Notes: generated by a model from the sequence alone, not told the origin. Numbered from the stretch's first letter, positions 8,307-17,895 are shown. The stretch: 64,000 bases of DNA from an uncultured Slackia sp. (GCF_959608125.1 NZ_CAUHPG010000007.1:23578-87577), one strand, 5' to 3'. Numbers and translations are program-made.

Positions 8307-9698
8307 CTATCCGATCGTCAGCGCATCCGCTCCGTCGATGCGCATATCGGCCGCGAAAAACGCCTGGATCGCGCGGATGCCGTTCAGCACGTCGCGCATA
8401 CCCATGGTCTCGAACGACGAATGCATCGCCAGCTGCGGCAAGCCCACATCGATGGCATGCATGCTCGCCTGGATGTTCGACAGGTTGCCCAGCGTGGAGC
8501 CGCCCGCGGTGTCGCTGCGGTTAGCGAACGACTGCAGCGCGACGCCCGCATCGGCGCACACGGCCGCGAACGCCGCGCGGCTGAACGCATCGGTGCAGTA
8601 ATGCTGATTGGCCGCCTCTTTCACCACGATGCCGCCGTTGAGCACGACCCTGTTGGCCTCGTCGTATTTCTCGGGGTGGTTCGGATGCACCGCATGGGCG
8701 TTATCGCAGCTCACCAGCATCGACTTCGCTAGCGCGCGACGGTAGTCCTCGTCGGAGCCGCCCAACGCGCCGCAGACGCGCGTCAGCACGTCGGGCAAGA
8801 ATGTCGACATGGCGCCCTGCTTGGTGTTCGAGCCCACTTCCTCATTGTCGAAGCAGCACCACGCCGAAACCGCGCCCTCGTCGCCTTCGGCGCGCAAAAA
8901 CGCCTCGAGCGACACGTACGCGCACGCCAGGTCATCGAGTTTCGGCGCCGAGAGGAATTCGCCCGCCGCTCCCCAGATGCAAGGCTTCTGGCGGCTGACC
9001 AAGAACAGGTCGCGCGCCAGCACCTGGCCGGCCGCCACGCCCGCTTCTTCGGCCACGAGAGCGTCGAAGGCTCCGCGCTCGAGGTCGCCCGCCGAGAACA
9101 GCGGACACAGGTCGACCTGCCTGTTAGGAGCGAATCCCGCATTCACGCCGCGATCGAGATGCACGGCCACGCTGGGAATGAGCAGCAGGTCGCGGTCGGG
9201 AGCGATCAGCCTGCTCTCGATGCGGGCGCCGTCGCGCACCAGCACGCGGCCCGCCACGGTGAGCGGGCGGTCGAACCAGGTGTGGTCAATCATGCCGCCG
9301 TACGCTTCCACGTTCAGACGCAACGATCCGCCCGCGCCTTCCAGCTCGGGCACCGCCTTCACCTTGAACGTCGGCGAATCGGAATGCGAGGCCGCCAGCT
9401 TGAAGTGGAAATCGTCAGCCGACGGGCGTGCCGCCGCGCCCGCACGAAACGCGATGACGCTCGAGTTGTTGCGCACCGTGTAATAGCCGCGACCGGGCTC
9501 CACCTGCCAGGCATCGCCTTCGCGAAGATAGACGAAGCCCGCCTCGTCGAGCCTGCGCCGCGCCGACGCCGCGGCATGGAACATGCTCGGACTTTCTTCG
9601 ATGAACCCGATCAGGCCCTGGGCCGCCTCGGCGTAGCAGACGGAATCGCAACCCGCCCCATATCGCTTTTCGGCCACCTGTTCCGTCTTGTTCGCCAT
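8307..9698 (-). CDS. M18 family (aspartyl) aminopeptidase
   Basis: SHSDSP, YGG..HTWFDRPL, LDDL, FDNEEVGS, DNAHAVHPN, GGSTLG, AMHS motifs; start placed after GAAGGAG RBS. Confidence 0.92.
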   Translation of the reverse strand: MANKTEQVAEKRYGAGCDSVCYAEAAQGLIGFIEESPSMFHAAASARRRLDEAGFVYLREGDAWQVEPGRGYYTVRNNSSVIAFRAGAAARPSADDFHFKLAASHSDSPTFKVKAVPELEGAGGSLRLNVEAYGGMIDHTWFDRPLTVAGRVLVRDGARIESRLIAPDRDLLLIPSVAVHLDRGVNAGFAPNRQVDLCPLFSAGDLERGAFDALVAEEAGVAAGQVLARDLFLVSRQKPCIWGAAGEFLSAPKLDDLACAYVSLEAFLRAEGDEGAVSAWCCFDNEEVGSNTKQGAMSTFLPDVLTRVCGALGGSDEDYRRALAKSMLVSCDNAHAVHPNHPEKYDEANRVVLNGGIVVKEAANQHYCTDAFSRAAFAAVCADAGVALQSFANRSDTAGGSTLGNLSNIQASMHAIDVGLPQLAMHSSFETMGMRDVLNGIRAIQAFFAADMRIDGADALTIG

Positions 9699-10249
9699 TC
9701 CTGCTCCTTCGGTCATCTGCGGCACCTCGCCTTTCATGCATTCAACAATCTTTGTCGGTGCCCATGGTATACGAAAGACCCGCGAGAGTTTTGGCCTCGC
9801 CCCCAAACAAGCATGCTCCCGCGGCGGCGGACCGAACCTCAAATGAGCGCTTTCTTGCCACATGAGAAAAAACTCGATTTGTGGGTCGTCGCCTATTTTT
9901 CTCGACGCATCCGTCGGCCTCGGGAAAGGAGATAATGCAAACCCCTGTTTAGATGATGCACGTCTACGATAAGAAAGCCATCCCTCGTCCCCCAGCCCCA
10001 CAAACAGGCGTTTTCTTGCCGGTCGTGGGCAGGAAAGGCTCGATTTGCGGAATTCAACGAGATGCGGCCAGCGCGATAGGCGGGAGCAGCCCGATGTATC
10101 GCGCGATGCCATACAAATCTGACACACTGCCCAAGCAACCCGATGCACCAGTCAAACGTATTCGTTGCCAGCCAGGCACGTTCGACCCGTCAGCAGAATA
10201 CGTGCGACATGCCAGCCAGGCGCTAATCCGCGGCCCGACGCGAGACGCC

Positions 10250-10669
10250 TCAGCGCTGCACGAGCTCTTCGACGCTCGTGATTTCGGGCATACGCACGAT
10301 TCGCACTTCGCGGCCTTTTTTCGAATCGATCAGCAGGCGCACCCATTCGTCGTCGAAATCCTCGACAACGGCCTCCACCGTCGCCGCACAATCTGAAGCC
10401 GGCACGAAAGGATTACCCGTGAACAGGCCTTTTCTACCGCGCATCGAGGCAATCTGCGCTTTGACCGCGCGAGCGTCTTCGGGCACGTCATGCCGCGCAG
10501 CCTGGCCCTTCGAACACTTCGGCATGCGAATCGCGATAACGACCAGCGCTATCAGAATAAGGAAGTGCCACGCGCTCACCAGGTGGACATCGTGCGCCAT
10601 ATCAGAGACGGCCTGCGCTTGCTGGACGACGGCCTCATCCTGCCGTTCGAGCGTTTCGACTTCAGACAT
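10250..10669 (-). CDS. Hypothetical single-TM protein with small C-terminal beta domain
   Basis: GGAAGGA RBS; TM segment WHFLILIALVVIAI; C-terminal VEDFDDEWVRL...VRMPEITSVE. Confidence 0.65.
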   Translation of the reverse strand: MSEVETLERQDEAVVQQAQAVSDMAHDVHLVSAWHFLILIALVVIAIRMPKCSKGQAARHDVPEDARAVKAQIASMRGRKGLFTGNPFVPASDCAATVEAVVEDFDDEWVRLLIDSKKGREVRIVRMPEITSVEELVQR

Positions 10670-10869
10670 TGCAACTTTCCTTCCATGTCGTCACCGCAAT
10701 ACCGCACCGGCAACGCCTCTATTTTCCGAAATGAGCGGACGAAACGACGGCAAAACGCTTGGGAATTCCGTCAAATTCTTTTGGCAGACAGGCGGGTGCG
10801 CGTCGATTGCGAGAGCCCGCGCCGACAGTCGCGCTACGGAATACATCCAGAAGGAATAGCACGATGCAC

Positions 10870-11136
10870 CCGTCGACCGTATGCGGCCGCCGCGCGAAAC
10901 GTCCATGCGCCGGGCGAATCCAACCATGACAAAACCTCGCATGTCGATAGCATGCGGCCGCCGAAAAGGAGTCCGCCCGCTGAACGCGCGCAACCGTCAC
11001 GAACGTCCAGGCGATACGTCAGACCGCCGCGAACGCCCGACCGATACACATATCCGCCGCACCCGACCTCTCGACAGGCCTTCTCCATCATCGAGCCGTT
11101 TTACTGCATTATTTCGCATCAAAATGATGCAGTAAA
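10870..11136 (+). repeat. Left copy of the diverged direct repeat flanking fic
   Basis: Aligns to 12232-12420 at about 84% identity (by eye) apart from a 77-bp extra segment at 10981-11057. Confidence 0.85.
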
Positions 11137-11171
11137 ATAAAACACAAGCGAAAGAGACTAAAGGAGGACCG

Positions 11172-12221
11172 TTGAGGCAGTTCGACTACACGCACGTGCC
11201 CGAAGGGCTTCTCACCAGCGAAACCATGAACCTTCTTGCAGCGGTCCACGAATATCGGGGACGCCAGGCGTCGTATCTCACGGCCAAGCAAGATATCCTC
11301 GACTCGCTGGTCGAAGTGGCGAGGGTCCAATCGACCGAAGCGTCGAACCGCATCGAAGGAATCCGCACGACCGAAAAGCGCCTTCGCGACATCATGGCCG
11401 ATAAAACCGACCCGAAATCAAGAGACGAAGAGGAAATCGCAGGCTACCGCGACGTTCTTGAAGCAATCCACGAAAGCCACGACTACATCGACGTGACTCC
11501 GAATGTCATCCTGCAGCTCCACCGCAACATGTATCGCCACACCCCCTCTCCCATGGGCGGCCATTTCAAAGTGGGCGATAACGAAATACGTGGCATTCGA
11601 CCCGACGGCACCGATTACGTTCGATTCAAAACGACGCCGGCAGTGGCCACGGCCGACGCGATGGATCGGTTGTGCGCAGCGTTGCGAAAGGGGCTCGCCA
11701 CCGATGGCTGCGACCCTCTTATCGTATCCCTCATCTTCGTTTTCGATTTCACCTGCGTTCACCCTTTCAACGACGGAAACGGGCGCATGAGCAGGCTTTT
11801 AACGCTTCTACTTCTCTACAAAGCCAACTATGACGTGGGTAAGTACATTTCGATCGAAAAAGAGATAGAACGAACGAAAGGGTCGTATTACGACGCCCTT
11901 GCCGCCAGTTCGCACGGCTGGAACGAAGGCGCGAACGACCCCGGACCCTTCGTTCGCTACATGCTCGGCGTCATCCTCGCTTGCTATCGAGATTTGGATA
12001 ATCGCATTTCCGTCGTTGTCTCCGCGAAGCTTTCGAAAGCCGAGCGTGTGGAATCCTATCTGCGCGAGAGCATCGGCAAGACAACGAAAGCGGACATTCT
12101 TGCCGCCTGCCCCGATATAAGCAAAATCACCGTTGAACGAGCGTTGAGAGAATTGGCTGCGGCAGGAAGAATTGCCAAGGTTGGTTCGGGCCGCACTACG
12201 GGATACGTCTGGAAGGGATAG
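11172..12221 (+). CDS. Fic family protein (class II-like) with C-terminal HTH
   Basis: Catalytic HPFNDGNGRMSR; N-terminal inhibitory SNRIEG motif; C-terminal wHTH-like (SKITVERALREL...KVGSGRTTGY); AAGGAGG RBS with TTG start. Confidence 0.92.
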   Translation: MRQFDYTHVPEGLLTSETMNLLAAVHEYRGRQASYLTAKQDILDSLVEVARVQSTEASNRIEGIRTTEKRLRDIMADKTDPKSRDEEEIAGYRDVLEAIHESHDYIDVTPNVILQLHRNMYRHTPSPMGGHFKVGDNEIRGIRPDGTDYVRFKTTPAVATADAMDRLCAALRKGLATDGCDPLIVSLIFVFDFTCVHPFNDGNGRMSRLLTLLLLYKANYDVGKYISIEKEIERTKGSYYDALAASSHGWNEGANDPGPFVRYMLGVILACYRDLDNRISVVVSAKLSKAERVESYLRESIGKTTKADILAACPDISKITVERALRELAAAGRIAKVGSGRTTGYVWKG

Positions 12222-12231
12222 CGCGGCGCGA

Positions 12232-12420
12232 CCGTCGATTGCATGCGGCCGCCGCCGAAGCGCCCATGCGCCGGACGAATCCGACCATGGTAGAACCTCG
12301 CATGTCGACAGCGCGCAGCCGCCGAAACGGAACTCGCCCGCCGCACCCGACCTTTCGGCACGCTTTCCCCATCATCGAGACTTTTTACTACATCATTTCG
12401 TATCAAAATGATGTAGTAAA
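12232..12420 (+). repeat. Right copy of the diverged direct repeat flanking fic
   Basis: Starts 10 bp after the fic stop; ends in a perfect 15-7-15 palindrome. Confidence 0.85.
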
Positions 12421-12439
12421 CGAACTCGCCCGCAATACA

Positions 12440-12482
12440 AAACCGCCCCTCGCTTCCCGCTGTCTGAGAAACGAGGGGCGGC
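12440..12482 (-). terminator. Terminator downstream of purB
   Basis: CCGCCCCTCG...CGAGGGGCGG hairpin preceded by an A-run. Confidence 0.55.
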
Positions 12483-12505
12483 TCGCCATCGGTCACGCAA
12501 GTGCT

Positions 12506-13849
12506 TTAAAACTCCAGCGCCTCGAGCTTCTTGAACACCACGTCTTTATGCCCCAAGAACGCCCACGGGTCGAAAATCTCGTCGAGCACCTCGGGCGCAA
12601 GCTTCGCCTCGGAATCGGCCTCCAAGCGCTCGCGATACGTCGGGCCGTCCACGGCATTCTGGATGTCTTCCCACACAGCCATGGCGTTACGCTGCACGAT
12701 GGCATATGCCTCCTCGCGCGTGATACCCGTGTCCACCAGCGCCAGCAGCACCTTCGACGAATAGATCAGGCCACGCGTGCGGTTGAGGTTGTACTCCATC
12801 TTTTCGGGATACACCTGCAAGCCGTCGAGCATCCACTGCATCTTGCCGAACATGTAGTCGAGCGCCGCGAAGCTGTCGGCCAGCACCACGCGCTCGGCGC
12901 CGGAGTGCGAGATGTCGCGCTCGAACCACAGGGCCACGTTGTCATAGCCCACCTGAGCGTTGGCCTTCACCACACGCGCCAGGCCGCAGACGCGCTCGGC
13001 CGTGATCGGGTTGCGCTTGTGCGGCATGGCGGAGCTGCCCTTCTGGCCCGCGCGGAACGGCTCCTCGGCCTCGATGACGTCGGTCTCCTGCATGAGACGC
13101 ACTTGCAAGGCGATGGTCTCAAGAACGCTGGCGGCCACGGCCAGGGCGGAAAGCACCTGCGCATGGCGGTCGCGGAACAGAACCTGCGTGGAAAGCGGGT
13201 CGGCCGTCAGGCCCATCTTCTCGCACACATACTGCTCGACGAACGGGTCGATGCTCGAGTACGTGCCCACCGCGCCCGAGATGACGCCCGTAGCGGCCAC
13301 GGCGCGGGCCTCCTCCAGGCGGGTTTGCGTGCGCTTGAGCGCCCACGCCCAGCTGCCGAACTTCATGCCGAACGTCATGGGCTCGGCGTGGATGCCATGC
13401 GTGCGGCCGGCGCACAGGGCGTCCTGCAGCTCGAACGCGCGACGCTTGCAGGTTTCGCCGAGGGCCTTCACGTCTTCCAGGATGATGTCGAGAGACTGAA
13501 CCACCTGGCACGAAAGCGCCGTGTCGCCCAGGTCGGACGACGTCATGCCGTAGTGCACCCAGCGGCTGGGCTTCTCTTCGCCTTCGGGAACCTCGGCGTC
13601 GATGTGCTCGCCCATGCACGTTAGAAACGCGATGACGTCATGATGGGTGACCGCCTCGATTTCGTTGATGCGCTCCACGGTGAAGCCCGCATGCTCGCGA
13701 ATCCAGGCGGCGTCTTCTTTGGTGATGCCGCACTGGCCCAACTCGGCCTGGGCCTCGCAGGCGAGGACTTCGATTTCCTGCCAGATGGCGAACTTGTTTT
13801 CGAATTCCCAGATCTTTCCCATGGCCGGACGCGTATAGCGAGAAATCAT
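12506..13849 (-). CDS. purB: Adenylosuccinate lyase
   Basis: MISRYTRP start, HYGMTSSD, GRTHGIHAEP, GSSAMPHKRNP signature. Confidence 0.97.
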   Translation of the reverse strand: MISRYTRPAMGKIWEFENKFAIWQEIEVLACEAQAELGQCGITKEDAAWIREHAGFTVERINEIEAVTHHDVIAFLTCMGEHIDAEVPEGEEKPSRWVHYGMTSSDLGDTALSCQVVQSLDIILEDVKALGETCKRRAFELQDALCAGRTHGIHAEPMTFGMKFGSWAWALKRTQTRLEEARAVAATGVISGAVGTYSSIDPFVEQYVCEKMGLTADPLSTQVLFRDRHAQVLSALAVAASVLETIALQVRLMQETDVIEAEEPFRAGQKGSSAMPHKRNPITAERVCGLARVVKANAQVGYDNVALWFERDISHSGAERVVLADSFAALDYMFGKMQWMLDGLQVYPEKMEYNLNRTRGLIYSSKVLLALVDTGITREEAYAIVQRNAMAVWEDIQNAVDGPTYRERLEADSEAKLAPEVLDEIFDPWAFLGHKDVVFKKLEALEF

Positions 13850-14137
13850 GCCGGTTCCTTTCAGCCGAACAAGGCCGCCGCATATGCCGAAAGGCACGGC
13901 GACCGAAACGATATGCCGTCGCGCTGCGCAATAAGGCCGCAGCGCCGTGTCAGGGTTCACTATACCGCCGCAGAACGCGCCAAAATCCCAGTTCGGGGCG
14001 GGTTCGCGAAAAACAAAGAAGCGCGTCGGCGCGAATTTCGCGCGGCGTGCTTCATGCTATACGTCTGCCATACCATCCTGAACAGGCATAACGTTTATCT
14101 ATACAGTGTAAGAATATCGCTACTTGACGCAGTAAAC

Positions 14138-14818
14138 TTACAGATTCGCGAACAAAGCGCGCACGTCGTCGACCACATCGTGTTCGGCGACGACCACCGC
14201 CTTATCGCCCGGATACAACACCGAATCGGGCGTCGCGATTTCCGCGTCGTTGTATTCGCGACGGTCGATGGCCGCGAGCAACGCGCCTTCGGGCAGGGCG
14301 ATCATGTAAGCGGGCACGCCTTGCTCGGGGTCGAAATGCTTCATACGTGCAGGAATGCCGAATTCGATAAGCGAGATGTCGCCGCGCGACAGAGCCGACA
14401 CGACGCCGACGCTGCCCAGCAATGCCTCCTCCTCGATCATGTTCGCGATCAACATGGTAGACGAAACGCTTTCGATTCCCACCTCGCGGAAGATGCGGCG
14501 GTTCTTGGGGTTGTTCACGCGCGCGATGCAACGCGGCACGTTGAACACACGCGTCGCGATCTCGCACGCAACCAGGTTATCGTCGTCGCGACCGGTGACG
14601 GCTACGAACACGTCGGCGTTGCGGATGCCTGCGTCTTCCTGGAAGTCGGAGTCGCACCCGTCGCCGTTGATGATCAAGTACTGCCCCTGCAGTTCCATAG
14701 ACAGACGGTCGGCCTGGGCGCGATTCGCCTCCAGCACGGCCACCTCATGATGCTGCCTCAGAAGAACGTCGGCCAAATAGTTGCCCACCTTGCCGCCGCC
14801 CATGATGACGATATACAT
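14138..14818 (-). CDS. trkA: TrkA/KtrA-family potassium uptake regulatory subunit
   Basis: IIMGGGKVG-type Rossmann start, GDG, VAVTGRDDDNL, ARVNNP; RCK-C domain. Confidence 0.9.
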   Translation of the reverse strand: MYIVIMGGGKVGNYLADVLLRQHHEVAVLEANRAQADRLSMELQGQYLIINGDGCDSDFQEDAGIRNADVFVAVTGRDDDNLVACEIATRVFNVPRCIARVNNPKNRRIFREVGIESVSSTMLIANMIEEEALLGSVGVVSALSRGDISLIEFGIPARMKHFDPEQGVPAYMIALPEGALLAAIDRREYNDAEIATPDSVLYPGDKAVVVAEHDVVDDVRALFANL

Positions 14819-14839
14819 CGGTCCTCCCGGTTCCGCAGA

Positions 14840-15499
14840 CTACATCTGCATGTACTTGGAAAAGGCGGCGAGCAGGTCGTGGCGCACGCAGGCCAAAACG
14901 CTGTCGCCATGATACAGCACGCTATCGCGCGTGGGAATAGAGCTGGTGCTGCCGTCGCGGCGCTCGAACACTACGATACGGATGCCATGGTTGCGCTCGA
15001 GCTCGGACACTTTCACCTGCTTGCGCATGGTACTGGACAGGTCGAGCGAGAAGCGCAGGATCTCGAAATCGCCGAAAGTGTCCAAATGACTGCCGTGGCC
15101 CGACATGATCTTGGAAAACACCTCTTCTGCCACGAGCGAGGTGCCGCACACGTAGTCCAGACCAAGCTGCATGTACGCCCTCTCGCGCGCGGGGTTGTAC
15201 AGGCGTGCGATAACGTGAGGCACGTGGAAGATGCGGCGCGCCACCTCGACCACCATCAGGTTGGAGTTATCCGATTGGGTGACCGCCGCCACGACATCGG
15301 CGTCTTCGACGCCCGCACGGATCAGGACATCCTCATCGAAACCGAGGCCCTGCAGCGTCGTGCCGTTGAAGTTTCTGTTCAAGTTGGAAAACGCCTCGGC
15401 ATTGCGGTCGACCACGCACACGTTGCCGTCGTTTTGCGAGAGCAACGTTGCCAGCTGAGAACCGACACGGCCGCATCCCACGATGATGACATTCGCCAT
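14840..15499 (-). CDS. trkA: TrkA/KtrA-family potassium uptake regulatory subunit (second paralog)
   Basis: IIVGCGRVG, AAVTQSDNSNL, ARLYNP. Confidence 0.9.
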   Translation of the reverse strand: MANVIIVGCGRVGSQLATLLSQNDGNVCVVDRNAEAFSNLNRNFNGTTLQGLGFDEDVLIRAGVEDADVVAAVTQSDNSNLMVVEVARRIFHVPHVIARLYNPARERAYMQLGLDYVCGTSLVAEEVFSKIMSGHGSHLDTFGDFEILRFSLDLSSTMRKQVKVSELERNHGIRIVVFERRDGSTSSIPTRDSVLYHGDSVLACVRHDLLAAFSKYMQM

Positions 15500-15553
15500 T
15501 GCACGCCCCCTGAAAAAGAAGATGCGCCCCCAAGCGCATCCTCGCCGTTTCCT

Positions 15554-16351
15554 TTATAGGAATTTGTAGTATACCGAGCGAACGCCCCAGTCGTGCACGT
15601 CGGTCACCCCGAACGCCTTCCAGCAGCCGGGAGCAAGGTCGAGCGCGCGGCCGTACGATTCGAAGCCGCCGGTATCGGTAACCGTGGCCACGATGATGGT
15701 CTCGCCGTAACGAAGGGCCACGGCATGGCCAAGAAGATGCGCCTGGGACTCGGGCACGGCGACCGTCAGGCCTTCGCTGGAAAGCGGCACGCCCGATGCG
15801 GTGACGTCGGTGCCGAAGTTGCCCTTGCCGTCGTCGTTATCGGCGTGGCTATAGGCCGAAGCGCTGCCCAGCGTCCAGCCATCGCTTTCGTCGGGCATGA
15901 TATGCGGAGCCGTGGGGAGCGGGTCGGTGGTGCCGAGCTCCATGGCTGCCGCGACGGTGGATGCATTGGTGGCGTCGTACGCCGAAATAACGATGACCGG
16001 ATCGGGATCGCTCACGGTAATGGAGCGCGTGGCGGAAGAAGAAACCGACGCCGTATCCGCGCTTGCGGCGCGCATGCGATCGGCCGAAGAAGCGGGAGCG
16101 TCTTCGGCGGTATTGCGGGCATCGCCGATACCGATCGTATCGACATCGACATCATGCGACGCGACAGCCGGCTGCAGCATGAACGCGGAAACCGCCGCTA
16201 CCACGGCGAGGATGCACGCGCCCAATGCCAAAGGCGCCAGGCGAAGCGAGCTATGTGATGTCTGTCGAGCCAAACATACTCCCCTACACGGCGCAGGGCT
16301 CCGACGGCATCGTCGGTGCGCGGCGGTCGAAGACGACACGCCCTCCTGCAC
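15554..16351 (-). CDS. Membrane-anchored protein with C-terminal RlpA-like/3D double-psi beta-barrel (putative lytic transglycosylase-like)
   Basis: TM segment, Ala/Ser linker, then ASAY...TASG...TVAV...VTDTGG...RALDL. Confidence 0.65.
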   Translation of the reverse strand: MQEGVSSSTAAHRRCRRSPAPCRGVCLARQTSHSSLRLAPLALGACILAVVAAVSAFMLQPAVASHDVDVDTIGIGDARNTAEDAPASSADRMRAASADTASVSSSATRSITVSDPDPVIVISAYDATNASTVAAAMELGTTDPLPTAPHIMPDESDGWTLGSASAYSHADNDDGKGNFGTDVTASGVPLSSEGLTVAVPESQAHLLGHAVALRYGETIIVATVTDTGGFESYGRALDLAPGCWKAFGVTDVHDWGVRSVYYKFL

Positions 16352-16544
16352 ATACGGTCACGAAACTTGATTATTGTACTCGATAGCGCAGGCCTTGGCC
16401 AACAGTGCAGGCGCCTTGGAGGCAAAGCACAGAATTACATGCCTCTCATCAGGTATTATGGATTTTCAAAAAGGCAAAAAGGACAGAAACGCAAGCTCAG
16501 AACATCGCATGCGGAACCATTCGCCGACGCGAAGGCGCCGCCCG

Positions 16545-16976
16545 CTAGGCGCGCGGAACCAGCAGCGCCACCAAAATATAGGCGAACAGCACCGTAGGAG
16601 GCCACATAACCAGCAAGATCACCGCGATTACGCGCACTACCGTCGAATCGACGCCGAAATAGTATGCGATGCCGCCGCATACGCCCAGAAAACGCTTGTC
16701 GGCGATGCTGCGACGGAAGGGGGCCCTCACACGTGACGACGCGAATCCCGCAAGCTTGCCGCGCTTCGAAGCCCACAACAGATACCCGCCCGCAGCGACA
16801 AGCGCGCAAGGCCACAAAATGCGCCAAATCATGCCGATGACGGCGCCTACCTTCATCCAGATACCATGCGGGACGATATTCCCAGCCAAGCTGAACAAGC
16901 CGAACGCAATGAGAATCGCGCCGAGCACCACCGCAGCACGGGGACGACGCGGCGCATTTCTGTAATCGGCCATCAC
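16545..16976 (-). CDS. PspC domain membrane protein (C-terminal PspC)
   Basis: RRSIADKRFLGVCGGIAYYFGVDSTVVRV. Confidence 0.85.
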   Translation of the reverse strand: MMADYRNAPRRPRAAVVLGAILIAFGLFSLAGNIVPHGIWMKVGAVIGMIWRILWPCALVAAGGYLLWASKRGKLAGFASSRVRAPFRRSIADKRFLGVCGGIAYYFGVDSTVVRVIAVILLVMWPPTVLFAYILVALLVPRA

Positions 16977-16986
16977 GCACCCCTTC

Positions 16987-17856
16987 CTACAGCCACGGGT
17001 TGATATCGTAGGTCCTCGGCCCGAACGGCAAGTTCACCGTGACCTGCTCCAACGTCCCGGGGATGGCAAACGCCGTACACATGGCCACGCAGACCACGAT
17101 CACGCATAGCGCGAGGCCGAAATCGAACATCTGGTCGCGGAGCGACACGTTCATGACCACGAGCCCCGCCATGACAAGAGCGATGGGCCACAGCTTGGCC
17201 ATGGCGTAAAACACCGATGATGGAGCCAAGATGCCGATCGACATGAACAACATGACCACGCTCGCCGCGACGATCACCAAACCGCACGAGAAACGACGAG
17301 CGAACGAGCCTTTCTTCGAAGGCACGACCATCAACACGAGACCCGCCACCACGCACAAAACGGGCCATAGCTGCCACCAGACGATACCTTCGACCATGTA
17401 GTCGACCAGCAATGCCGCATCGACGGCAAGGAGAGCCGAGCCGAGCCACACGCACAAACGCGACCAGCCTGACATGCCGCAGCACTCGCGCGGCTCTTCG
17501 GCGGAATCGACGGGAGCCACGGTAGGCGCGGGCTTGCAACAGCCGTCATCGACCACGAATCCTGCGGGCGGAACCGGAGCCGCGCCGCGGCGCTTGCGAG
17601 GAAACCCGGCTGGAACGGGCTCAGCGGCCGGGACATATGCCGCACAAGCAATCGGAGCGGGAGTCTCCATCCTTTTCGGCAGAACAAGCCACATGACCGC
17701 ATAAACCGCAACGGCAAGGCCGCCGGTGCAAATCGTCAGAAGCACGGCCAGGATGCGCACCGCGATCGGGTCGAGGTCGAAGCATTCGGCGGCTCCGGCG
17801 CAGACGCCGGCTATGACTTCGTCATCGGAACGATGGAGGCGATTCGCCTCGAGCAT
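16987..17856 (-). CDS. PspC domain membrane protein (N-terminal PspC plus multi-TM region)
   Basis: LHRSDDEVIAGVCAGAAECFDLDPIAVR; LWP-containing TM repeats. Confidence 0.85.
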   Translation of the reverse strand: MLEANRLHRSDDEVIAGVCAGAAECFDLDPIAVRILAVLLTICTGGLAVAVYAVMWLVLPKRMETPAPIACAAYVPAAEPVPAGFPRKRRGAAPVPPAGFVVDDGCCKPAPTVAPVDSAEEPRECCGMSGWSRLCVWLGSALLAVDAALLVDYMVEGIVWWQLWPVLCVVAGLVLMVVPSKKGSFARRFSCGLVIVAASVVMLFMSIGILAPSSVFYAMAKLWPIALVMAGLVVMNVSLRDQMFDFGLALCVIVVCVAMCTAFAIPGTLEQVTVNLPFGPRTYDINPWL

Positions 17857-17895
17857 ACCCGGCCTCCTCTCTCTTCTGCGGTCAATGTTGCCGAA

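Noticed and set aside
9699..10148. 150-aa N-terminal extension of the M18 aminopeptidase ORF
   Set aside because: No family resemblance, crosses intergenic hairpins, and a good RBS precedes ATG 9698
10802..11060. Bona fide CRISPR array
   Set aside because: Only 2-3 degenerate units, no cas genes; kept only as a weak finding
13850..13955. Purine or ZTP riboswitch in the purB leader
   Set aside because: Hairpins are present but no conserved riboswitch core was recognised
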